From Candidatus Uhrbacteria bacterium (lineage in GTDB: Bacteria > Patescibacteriota > Patescibacteriia > UBA9934 > CAZDDW01): a DNA stretch of 57,753 bases. The stretch covers positions 1 to 57,753 of the forward strand of contig JBDRNK010000015.1 in assembly GCA_043811105.1 (NCBI GenBank). Reading direction: 5' to 3'. Made by a program: the position numbers and the translations under genes. Numbering within the stretch: position 1 is the stretch's first letter; each line of letters opens with the position of its first letter. Positions 35,120 through 43,051 of this stretch are shown one piece after another. Below the pieces are notes generated by a model, which saw only the letters and a program-made list of their open reading frames with translations, searched no databases and was not told where the DNA came from.

Positions 35120-35488
35120 TTACAATTCTTTTTCCTTTGTGATTATATGTTCAATGTCTAAAATTGTAATTTCAGGGTCAGCCTTGATTTTTTTTATTTC
35201 AAGCATTGGTAAATAGTGGATTTCGTTGTTGTTAAAAATTATTTGGAAAAAACCATAAGGTAGGCGGACAATTTTATTAATGTCAGAAAATTGTTCCTCG
35301 ACCCCATCTTCACGGATAAAAGTTGCTGAAGATTTGCAATATTCAAAAGAGTTCACACCTTGCACTTTTTCCTGAGAACCATCGGCATAAATTATGGTTC
35401 CCTGGTCTTTGTTTGTGCTTTTATAGGTCTGCACGTTTTTGTAGATACGTTGATTATTGTCCTGAAATATGATTATCAATCGTTGCAT
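35120..35488 (-). CDS. hypothetical protein (very AT-rich)
   Basis: 122-aa ORF. No motif recognised. Confidence 0.5.
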   Translation of the reverse strand: MQRLIIIFQDNNQRIYKNVQTYKSTNKDQGTIIYADGSQEKVQGVNSFEYCKSSATFIREDGVEEQFSDINKIVRLPYGFFQIIFNNNEIHYLPMLEIKKIKADPEITILDIEHIITKEKEL

Positions 35489-35523
35489 AGAAAAAGGGAG
35501 GACGGACGGGAGTGTCCGTCCTC
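35489..35523 (-). terminator. intrinsic terminator of mini-gene A
   Basis: Minus strand: AGGACGGAC..GTCCGTCCT hairpin followed by CCCTTTTT. Confidence 0.75.
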
Positions 35524-35534
35524 AGAGATCTGGT

Positions 35535-35732
35535 CTAGCGACCGTAGCCGGCCGGACCAACCTGACCGTTCGGGCCGATCGGCAGGTTGACGCTGATGCC
35601 CTGGCCCTGACCCAGACCGGGAATCCGGCTGGCGATGTGGGCACCGCCACCGACCGTGGTGATGTGAGAGCCGCCGCTCTCCTTGAAGACGGTTCCGCCA
35701 GGGAACGTGTTAGCAACATTTCCATTGCTCAT
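35535..35732 (-). CDS. Gly-rich 65-aa protein (mini-gene A)
   Basis: MSNGNVANTFPGGTVFKESGGSHITTVGGGAHIASRIPGLGQGQGISVNLPIGPNGQVGPAGYGR. GGAGG lies 8 nt before ATG 35732. GC3-rich codons. Own terminator. Confidence 0.6.
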   Translation of the reverse strand: MSNGNVANTFPGGTVFKESGGSHITTVGGGAHIASRIPGLGQGQGISVNLPIGPNGQVGPAGYGR

Positions 35733-35784
35733 AACTTTGGCCTCCAAAGCCTTGATTCACAGGCCGGAATTGTTCCGGCGCGTG

Positions 35785-35818
35785 AGAAAAGGGAGGACGG
35801 ACGGGAATGTCCGTCCCC
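35785..35818 (-). terminator. intrinsic terminator of mini-gene B
   Basis: GGACGGAC..GTCCGTCC hairpin followed by TCCCTTTTCTC; near-identical to the terminator at 35489. Confidence 0.75.
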
Positions 35819-35840
35819 AAGAGCTAAGCCGATCGGCTCG

Positions 35841-36065
35841 CTAGTAGGTCCGGCCCGGGATGTTATCGTAGCAACGCCGGGGCGGCAGGTTGGACGGGTT
35901 GGCCACGTTGCCAAAGCCACGATCGAAGGCGTCACCACGGATGCCCAGGTTGCCCAGGGCATCGCGTTCACCCTGGTGAACCACCTGGTGGGTGAACCAG
36001 TCCATCTGGTCGCCAGGACGGTCATGCATTCGGTCAGGATGGTGGCCCAAAGAAGGGTAAGACAT
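35841..36065 (-). CDS. His/Asp/Gly-rich 74-aa protein (mini-gene B)
   Basis: MSYPSLGHHPDRMHDRPGDQMDWFTHQVVHQGERDALGNLGIRGDAFDRGFGNVANPSNLPPRRCYDNIPGRTY. GGAGAAGACC lies directly before ATG 36065. Confidence 0.6.
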   Translation of the reverse strand: MSYPSLGHHPDRMHDRPGDQMDWFTHQVVHQGERDALGNLGIRGDAFDRGFGNVANPSNLPPRRCYDNIPGRTY

Positions 36066-36300
36066 GGTCTTCTCCAAGTTGTGGTCTATTTTAGACCGGG
36101 GTTGTAGGGAACTCAGTTAATCTGAGATTAGGTCAGCCCCGAAAGTTATCGAGCTGGCTTTTTGCGAAAATTCGTAGCCGTTCGAATTGCTCGAAGCTGA
36201 TCTAATGTGTCCCTCACCACTGTATGGTCTAAGACCGATATGGCAGTGAGTTGAACAATTGAATCTCAGATTAACATCCTTTGATTCAGACCGCAGATGC
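36066..36300 (-). promoter_or_regulatory. structured ~190-nt leader of mini-gene B (candidate riboswitch-like element)
   Basis: A 13-bp closing helix: + strand 36262-36274 pairs with 36117-36130 (TTAATCTGAGATT / AATCTCAGATTAA on the RNA). It encloses several nested helices. Confidence 0.45.
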
Positions 36301-36311
36301 ATCAGCGGTCT

Positions 36312-36350
36312 GAGAAAAGGGAGGACGAGCCGAGCGTTAGCTCGTCCTCA
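36312..36350 (-). terminator. intrinsic terminator of mini-gene C
   Basis: GAGGACGAGC..GCTCGTCCTC hairpin followed by CCTTTTCTC. Confidence 0.75.
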
Positions 36351-36354
36351 AGGG

Positions 36355-36633
36355 TTAACAATGGATATGAAATCCAGGGTCAGGAAAGAACGTCGGATGC
36401 CGTGACGGGTACCAGTCTGAGTAGGGTCCCCGATATGGAGGGTGGGGCATGGGCGGTGGGAAAGGTCGCATCGGCGGCATGGGAGGCAGGGGATCAGGGT
36501 GGATCGGATTCGGATGCGGTCCATGGATGCAGCCCAAGCAGTTGTGACCAGAGCAATCAAACACAGGGCAACCCGTACCGAATGGTCGATGGTGAACAGT
36601 ACCGAAAGGTTGAAAAGGATCTCCGTGGCGCAT
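36355..36633 (-). CDS. Pro/His/Cys-rich 92-aa protein (mini-gene C)
   Basis: MRHGDPFQPFGTVHHRPFGTGCPVFDCSGHNCLGCIHGPHPNPIHPDPLPPMPPMRPFPPPMPHPPYRGPYSDWYPSRHPTFFPDPGFHIHC. GGAGGAGAAA lies directly before ATG 36633. Confidence 0.55.
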   Translation of the reverse strand: MRHGDPFQPFGTVHHRPFGTGCPVFDCSGHNCLGCIHGPHPNPIHPDPLPPMPPMRPFPPPMPHPPYRGPYSDWYPSRHPTFFPDPGFHIHC

Positions 36634-36749
36634 TTTCTCCTCCAAAAGCAATGCGTTGTTTTATCTTGTCTTCAGGATATAGAGAAACAAATATGAAAAC
36701 TACTGAAAAATTTAAGAAAAACAAAAAACCGCTCTGTTGAGCGGTTGAT

Positions 36750-36803
36750 GGGATCGACAAGCGTAAGCTTGTCAATGTTGACAGGCTGACGCCTGTCGGT
36801 CCC
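36750..36803. repeat. REP doublet
   Basis: GGGATCGACAAGCGTAAGCTTGTC (36750-36773) and GACAGGCTGACGCCTGTCGGTCCC (about 36779-36803). Confidence 0.8.
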
Positions 36804-36815
36804 ACCCAGGCTAAT

Positions 36816-38678
36816 TTATTTAATTCGATCCAAAATTCCTACTGTCAATCCATTCGGAGCAAAATTAATGTCAAAATTCATTAACTGACCATTAATCTTA
36901 AGATAAAGTTCTTGACTAATTTGTTCTTTTAATAGTCGATTTAAAGGAGTGATGATCTTTCCTTGCAGTTCATTTCGATATTCAGTGTATCCAGACTTAG
37001 GTAAATCTTTGTTACTCACTGTTTTGCCCAGGTTCTGCATTAAACATTCTAAGATTTCAATCGTGGCTTTTTGTGATGGAATTTCTTTAGAAGAAAATTC
37101 TTGTCCACGAATAGAAATCTTGCCGTTAACTTTATCTAAGAACAGATCAAAACCGTTTCGATTCATTTCATTGTTTTGCACAATTGTACTTCGGCATCGT
37201 CCAAGTGCGTCACAAGAAATCAGCTGTTTATCATTTTGGTCAATAAAGGTTGAGTATCTTCCTTGAGAAATAAATTGATCAACTTTAATTCCTTGAGAAC
37301 CCCAACCATCACGCCAGGAAGCAAATTCAATTTTAACTTTTGGGTCATGGACACTTTGGATTTCTTTAACAACTTCATGAATCTGATCGCGGAATCGACC
37401 GCGCTGTGAAAATACAAAAACTGTCCCATCCTCTTTTCCCCAATACATGGCACGTAATCCAATCTTAACTCCTTGTTCATGAGCTTTTTGTCGAACCTTA
37501 CTGAAAATAAAGCGCAAGTTACGAGAAGGGGTTTCTTCAAAAGGACCGTTTGAAGAAAGTGTGGTTTCCAGGATTTCTAAAAAGTTGGTGATTTCCGAAC
37601 TTTTTAGTCGATACATATAAGCTCTAATTAAACTGGCTAAAAGAAAAACTCGACTGATTGATTGGCCTTGGGCAAACTGAACCCAATAACGCCCACTCCG
37701 TTCGATCTTTTTCAAAAAGTTTGGTAAGTGATCCTGTTCTTCGCTAATTATTTCAGCAAAAATTTGTTTAACGTTTTCTTGTAGTTCATCAAAACCCGGG
37801 ATAACCACATTCTTTACATATTCTGATGGAGCACCGTAATTTTTCGTTGTTCCAGGATTTATTCCAACAACATCAAAAGGGAACTCTCCGTTGATATCAG
37901 CCAGCTCGTTTAAGCGATAGCACCAGGCTCGCATGTGATTAAGCTCGTCAACATTACTAGAGACATCAAGCGGTGGTAGGCCAGGAAAAGGATGCTCAAT
38001 TGATCCGGCTCGTTCTTCTGTAAAATGAACTATAGGAAAGCTTGAATTCAAAGTTGAGGTATATGATGTTGATCCAGAACTAACACCACAAAATGTCAGA
38101 GCAACAAATTTAATAATATTGCCTTGAATTTCTTTGTACAACAAAGAAATCGGGTCAGTGCCATAGTTAATCTGATGGCCTGTTAAATAAGGTACTTGTT
38201 CAATTTCGTTAATGGTTGCAAATTTATAATAGGCATAAACAGCAAACATTATTGCATTGCTGATGCCTGGATCCAGGCCTGTGTCAGCTGGTTTTTCCGC
38301 TAGAACGTTAATGGTAATTCCTTGAATTTCATTTTGCCCGGTTTTATTTTTTACTATTTTTTCTAAGAGAGGCAGACATTTGGCCCAATCATAAGGATCA
38401 TATTCAAGTGGAATAAAACGTTGTTTGTGTGGCGAATAACCCAAAAGATGATTGATTTGAATTTTACCAACCTGGTTTGGTTGAATTCCAATATAGGTTC
38501 GGAACGGAAGTTTTTGTCTAATCGTTGGTGCTCCAGAACGCCAAGCAATTCCAGTTGGTAGGGCAAAGGAGGTATCGCAAGAAACAACCAAGTCATTTTC
38601 AGCAAAAAAACGCTCGTAGATTTCTTTGTGTCTATCTTGAAGTGCCTCAGTATTTTCTTTTTGTTCAAAAGGCAGCAT
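36816..38678 (-). CDS. GHMP-kinase-like N-terminal region fused to a C-terminal OmpR/PhoB-type winged helix (paralog 2)
   Basis: 620 aa. Degenerate GHMP motif II 'KPADTGLDPGISNAIMFAVYAYY' and motif III-like 'GVSSGSTSY'. C-terminus 'ISIRGQEFSSKEIPSQKATIEILECLMQNLGKTVSNKDL' resembles trans_reg_C. The functional call is tentative. Confidence 0.55.
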   Translation of the reverse strand: MLPFEQKENTEALQDRHKEIYERFFAENDLVVSCDTSFALPTGIAWRSGAPTIRQKLPFRTYIGIQPNQVGKIQINHLLGYSPHKQRFIPLEYDPYDWAKCLPLLEKIVKNKTGQNEIQGITINVLAEKPADTGLDPGISNAIMFAVYAYYKFATINEIEQVPYLTGHQINYGTDPISLLYKEIQGNIIKFVALTFCGVSSGSTSYTSTLNSSFPIVHFTEERAGSIEHPFPGLPPLDVSSNVDELNHMRAWCYRLNELADINGEFPFDVVGINPGTTKNYGAPSEYVKNVVIPGFDELQENVKQIFAEIISEEQDHLPNFLKKIERSGRYWVQFAQGQSISRVFLLASLIRAYMYRLKSSEITNFLEILETTLSSNGPFEETPSRNLRFIFSKVRQKAHEQGVKIGLRAMYWGKEDGTVFVFSQRGRFRDQIHEVVKEIQSVHDPKVKIEFASWRDGWGSQGIKVDQFISQGRYSTFIDQNDKQLISCDALGRCRSTIVQNNEMNRNGFDLFLDKVNGKISIRGQEFSSKEIPSQKATIEILECLMQNLGKTVSNKDLPKSGYTEYRNELQGKIITPLNRLLKEQISQELYLKINGQLMNFDINFAPNGLTVGILDRIK

Positions 38679-38679
38679 A

Positions 38680-40545
38680 TTATTTTATTCGATCTAAAAT
38701 TCCCACGGTTAATCCGTTTGTAGCAAAGTTAATTTCAAAATTCATCAGCTGGCCGTTTATTTTCAGATCAACTTCTCGACCTAATTGTTCGTGAAGTAAT
38801 TTATTTAAAGGCGAGAAGATCTTTCCTTGTAATTCGTTGCGGTACTCTGTATATCCAGACTTAGGTAAGTCTTTGTTGCTCACTGTTTTGCCCAGGTTCT
38901 GCATTAAGAATTCCAAGATTTCAATCGTGGCTTTTTGTGACGGAATTTCTTTAGAACTAAACTCTTGCCCACGAACAGAAATCTTGCCATTTATTTTATC
39001 CAAGAACAGATCAAACTGATTGCGTTGAACTTCTGTGTCTTTGACCACAGTGTGAGAACATTCACCTTTTTCATTACATAATGTTAGTTGTTTTGAATTC
39101 TGTTCAATAAAATCCGAATAAATTCCTTGGGAAATAAACTGGTTAACTTCTAAGCCTTTATCAGCCCAGCCGTCACGCCAAGAGGCAAATTCAATATGAA
39201 TGTTTGGGTTGTACTCTTTTTGTATACTTTCAATCACTTCCATGATCTGATCACGAAATTTACCTTGCTGTGAGAAAACCATGATACTAGCGTCTTCTTT
39301 ACCCCAAAACATTGAACGAAAACTTATTTTTATTCCTGACTCATGAGCTCGTTCTCTGATTTTTCGTGTAATATATCGTAAGTTGCGAGAAGGTGCCTCT
39401 TCAAACGGTCGGTTGATAGTCATTAAAGCATCCTGAGCTTCAAGGAAACTATATACATTTGAGCTGCGCATTTTGTATTGATATAGGTGGATCAATTCTT
39501 GAAGAACATATAACCGAGACATGGCTTGGCCACGAAGATAACGTTGCCAGTAATTACCAGGTCGATCTATATATTTCCAAAAACTTGGAATACGATTTTG
39601 ATCTGAAAAATCAAATTTTGAAAACAGTTCTTTGGTATCAATTTGTAATTTATTAAAATCTGGAACAAGCACTTCTTGAACATGGGTCATGGCCGCAGCG
39701 TACTGTCTTGATGATCCAGGATAGATACTGACCACATCGAGTGGGATTGGCTCATCGTTGATTTTGGCCATTTCAGTTAATCGAAAGCACCAATGTTTGA
39801 TTGACTCAGCTCGATCAAGATCGTCACTGATATCAAGTGGTGGTTTATTTTCGTATGGTTCAGCAACACTACCAGCGCGTTCTTCCATTACATAGACGAA
39901 CGGGCTTTTACCGTCAAGAGTTCCAGGATAGGTGTCTCCACCAGTTGCTACTCCATGAAAGGTTTGTGAGAGAAGTTTAAGGGCAACACTAATAACATCT
40001 TCAAAATATTTTGCTGCACTAATTTCTTTTGTTTGTAGATCAATACCGGTCAATTTTGATATCTTATTGGCAGTATCCAAATCAATAATTCCATAATAAA
40101 GAAAACAGACCAAAGCGATAGAAAACGCACTTGGTGCGTCAAATCCAGTATTTTCCGGTTTTTCATAAAGAAGATCTAATGTGATACCTGGAAAATCTTT
40201 TGTTTTTAAACGTTTGCTAATTTCTTGATGAAGAATTGGAATACTTTTCTCAAGATTGATCGGCTCATATTCAAGTGGAATAATTTGTTGATCTCGACTC
40301 GAGTAGTATCTAGTTTTTTCAATTTTTATTGTTCCATTCTCATTATTTTTCTTTACACCTGCATACATTCGAAAAGGTATCTTGTGTTTGACTGCTGGTG
40401 CACCGGCTCGCCAAGTAAGACCAGTTGTTATATTAAAATTCATTCCACCAGAAATAACCAAATCATGCTCAGCAAAAAAACGTTCATAGGTTTCGTGAAA
40501 CCTTTCTTGGAGCGCTTGGGTGTTTTCGATCTGATTTTTATCCAT
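38680..40545 (-). CDS. GHMP-kinase-like + winged-helix fusion (paralog 1)
   Basis: 621 aa, collinear with 36816-38678 and separated from it by 1 nt. The C-terminal ~60 aa are almost identical to the paralog. Confidence 0.55.
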   Translation of the reverse strand: MDKNQIENTQALQERFHETYERFFAEHDLVISGGMNFNITTGLTWRAGAPAVKHKIPFRMYAGVKKNNENGTIKIEKTRYYSSRDQQIIPLEYEPINLEKSIPILHQEISKRLKTKDFPGITLDLLYEKPENTGFDAPSAFSIALVCFLYYGIIDLDTANKISKLTGIDLQTKEISAAKYFEDVISVALKLLSQTFHGVATGGDTYPGTLDGKSPFVYVMEERAGSVAEPYENKPPLDISDDLDRAESIKHWCFRLTEMAKINDEPIPLDVVSIYPGSSRQYAAAMTHVQEVLVPDFNKLQIDTKELFSKFDFSDQNRIPSFWKYIDRPGNYWQRYLRGQAMSRLYVLQELIHLYQYKMRSSNVYSFLEAQDALMTINRPFEEAPSRNLRYITRKIRERAHESGIKISFRSMFWGKEDASIMVFSQQGKFRDQIMEVIESIQKEYNPNIHIEFASWRDGWADKGLEVNQFISQGIYSDFIEQNSKQLTLCNEKGECSHTVVKDTEVQRNQFDLFLDKINGKISVRGQEFSSKEIPSQKATIEILEFLMQNLGKTVSNKDLPKSGYTEYRNELQGKIFSPLNKLLHEQLGREVDLKINGQLMNFEINFATNGLTVGILDRIK

Positions 40546-40609
40546 ATATATAAGATAGCAAATTAGCGCAGTTTTGCATATTTGTCAAGGAGTGGTAACA
40601 TTATTTAGT

Positions 40610-41368
40610 ATGGCAAAACCAGTAATTGGAATTGGTACAGATGTAACGCATATTGGCCAATTTGATCAATTGCGTTTGAATTTGCAGTATGTTGATGCGG
40701 TAGAGCGGGCTGGTGGAGTGCCGATTTTGTTGGCAGCGACAGGGAAGTCGGAGTTGGTGGCACAGCAATTGGACCGAGTTGATGCAGTTATCGGAATCGG
40801 CGGAGATGATTATCATTCTAATTTGTATGGATGTGAACGACATTATTCTGAAAAGCTGCTGCCTCAACGACGCCAGGATTATGACCTGGTTTTTTTGTCT
40901 CATGTTTGGCAACGTAAAATTCCGGCGTTAATGATTTGTGCTTCAGCTCAGGGGTTGAATATCATTCAGGGAGGTGGCTTGATTCAACATCTGGATGACC
41001 TGGTTGAGCAACATCAATACAACCATGGTCTTGATCTGGCACACATTGTTGATATTGAGACGGAAACTTTGTTGCATTATATTTTGAATCAAACTGAAAT
41101 TGAAGTTAATTCTTTTCACCATCAAGCGGTTGATAATTTGGGATCAGGTCTACGAGTTTCAGCACGTGCTCCTGATGGAACGGTTGAGGCGATCGAGCCG
41201 ATCGCTTTTGCCGAACATCCGTTGCTTGCAGTTCAGTGGCACCCGGAACGGATTCCTGATCAACCACACTCAAAACAAATATTCGGCTGGTTAATTGATC
41301 AAGCTGTTATTGCTCGGCCGTTTACAGCCACCGCAGTCAAGACTTCGAGTTTATCACCATTTGTATAA
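40610..41368 (+). CDS. class I glutamine amidotransferase-like, peptidase C26 (gamma-glutamyl hydrolase) family
   Basis: 'PALMICASAQGLN', 'NSFHHQAV' and 'AVQWHPE'. I moved the start to ATG 40610 (MAKPVIGIG). Confidence 0.7.
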   Translation: MAKPVIGIGTDVTHIGQFDQLRLNLQYVDAVERAGGVPILLAATGKSELVAQQLDRVDAVIGIGGDDYHSNLYGCERHYSEKLLPQRRQDYDLVFLSHVWQRKIPALMICASAQGLNIIQGGGLIQHLDDLVEQHQYNHGLDLAHIVDIETETLLHYILNQTEIEVNSFHHQAVDNLGSGLRVSARAPDGTVEAIEPIAFAEHPLLAVQWHPERIPDQPHSKQIFGWLIDQAVIARPFTATAVKTSSLSPFV

Positions 41369-41422
41369 AAACACCCCGGACCTTCGTAGATCCGGGGTGT
41401 GACGTTGTCGATTCAGATCGAC

Positions 41423-42145
41423 TTACCAGCGCAGGCGGGTGGCTCGCTCCTGCCTCTGGCGTTCCTGATGCAGACGCGCATTCATTGATCGGTGGTAAGC
41501 CATGGCTAACTTGGACACGTCGCGTGGCTGACCATCTTCCTCAGAAGCGATCCTTTCCCAAGTCATGTTCTGGTTCCAGTGCACCTGGCGGTCCTTGCCA
41601 GTGCCCTGGAAATGAACCTGGGATTCGACAAAGGTTTCGCCATCGACGTAGCGAAGTCGAATTACCGCAGTACCATGTTCGTCCTTGTACAAGGACATTC
41701 CATCGCAGATGATTGCGTCCGGACGACCCTCTGGATTGTCCCAGACAAAGGCAGCCGTTGCTACCCAACTCTGGTTATACAGTGATTCGAACTGTGTATT
41801 CACAGGCACAGACTCGTCCTTACGCATGTCCACAAGAACATCTTCGTCGCCGAGAACATTGGTGAAACCATAGGTGACGATCGGTTTGTCGCGATCTCGA
41901 CCACCCATGGCTAGTCCTGACCCGGTGTAGTGCAGGGTGTCCAGATCACGAGCTAGTTCGCTCAGGTCGAGCAGAACCTTGAACAGGCCAATCACCTGCA
42001 TGCCTGAGACGTCCTCGTCCTTACAAGACACAGTTTCCCGAGGCTTGTCTTCACGCCGCCGCATTTCCTCTAGGATCCCGGCAGCAAAGGTGACCACCTG
42101 TAGAATCACCGGTCGTCGAACCAGCCTTGCTTCGGCCATTGTCAT
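41423..42145 (-). CDS. hypothetical protein (GC-rich cassette class)
   Basis: I moved the start to ATG 42145, preceded by AAGGAGAGAAGAC. TTGACA-N17-TATAGT sits upstream on the minus strand. Terminator ACACCCCGGA..TCCGGGGTGT lies downstream. Confidence 0.6.
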   Translation of the reverse strand: MTMAEARLVRRPVILQVVTFAAGILEEMRRREDKPRETVSCKDEDVSGMQVIGLFKVLLDLSELARDLDTLHYTGSGLAMGGRDRDKPIVTYGFTNVLGDEDVLVDMRKDESVPVNTQFESLYNQSWVATAAFVWDNPEGRPDAIICDGMSLYKDEHGTAVIRLRYVDGETFVESQVHFQGTGKDRQVHWNQNMTWERIASEEDGQPRDVSKLAMAYHRSMNARLHQERQRQERATRLRW

Positions 42146-42412
42146 GTCTTCTCTCCTTTTCACCCTGTATTCAGGGTATTGTTTTTGTTCATTGAAAGAT
42201 CGTACGACCGATAACTATAGCACGAAATTAAGCTCCTGTCAACCCGGCAACAGCCCTACGGGCAACTGCCGGGTCAACCCTAAGACGCTTAATTTAGCCA
42301 AGAATGAGTTAAATAAGCAAAAGAAATTGATCCACAAGCAGGCATTGACAAAGCTTAGAATCCATGGTTATCTGATAATAGACTCCCAATTAAAAAGGGG
42401 AGTTTTGTGTTT

Positions 42413-42943
42413 ATGTCAGATACTAAAGAATTTTTTCTTGATATGCTACATTTATTCGGTGTTTTTCTAACATCGGGTTATTCTATTCCACCAGCTTATA
42501 TTTGTGATCGGGAACGATACTATGAATTTATGCGTGAACAGGAGAATTATAAGGTATGGAGGCAATCGCGTGAATTAGAGAAAAGAAAATATATTGAAAT
42601 AAGAGAAAAGGGTGACTTTGTTTTTTTCGAGCTTAAAAGAAAAGGTTATCTTGAAGCATTAAAACAGCAAGTGTTACATACAACAGATGAATTGCCAGAT
42701 GATTTGGTGTGTTTGGTTAGTTTCGATATACCAGAAAATGTAAAAAAGGTTAGGAACGTGTTTCGTGATTTTTTGAAAAAAGCTGGTTTTGAGCAAGTTC
42801 ATTTAAGTGTATGGCAGAGCAGATTGAACGTTATTGAAAAGCTGGCTGAATATGTGCGTTGTATGGGTATTGAGAAATGGGTTCAAATTTATAAAGCCGA
42901 ACGCATTTCACAATCTCATACAAACTTATTATTCAACTTATGA
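42413..42943 (+). CDS. hypothetical protein with a PaaX-C/Cas2-like ferredoxin-fold motif
   Basis: 'LVCLVSFDIPENVKKVRNVFRDFLKKAGFEQVHLSVWQS' follows the beta-alpha-beta pattern of PaaX C-terminal/Cas2-like domains. No CRISPR context. Confidence 0.5.
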   Translation: MSDTKEFFLDMLHLFGVFLTSGYSIPPAYICDRERYYEFMREQENYKVWRQSRELEKRKYIEIREKGDFVFFELKRKGYLEALKQQVLHTTDELPDDLVCLVSFDIPENVKKVRNVFRDFLKKAGFEQVHLSVWQSRLNVIEKLAEYVRCMGIEKWVQIYKAERISQSHTNLLFNL

Positions 42944-43051
42944 CTTTTCAGACGATCGCCTGAAAAGTTGACGGTCATTGTTTGTATAGAGTTTAAATAT
43001 AAGATAGTATACAAATTCGACAAATCAGTGTCTTTTCGTTAGTATCAACTT

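Noticed and set aside
35469-36107. + strand 212-aa ORF across the mini-gene region
   Set aside because: It reads straight through two terminator hairpins and both intergenic gaps. The minus-strand ORFs each have an SD, a stop immediately before a hairpin, and GC3-biased codons.
41937-42470. + strand 177-aa ORF
   Set aside because: It is antisense to 41423-42145 and runs through that gene's promoter region. Ser/Arg-rich composition.
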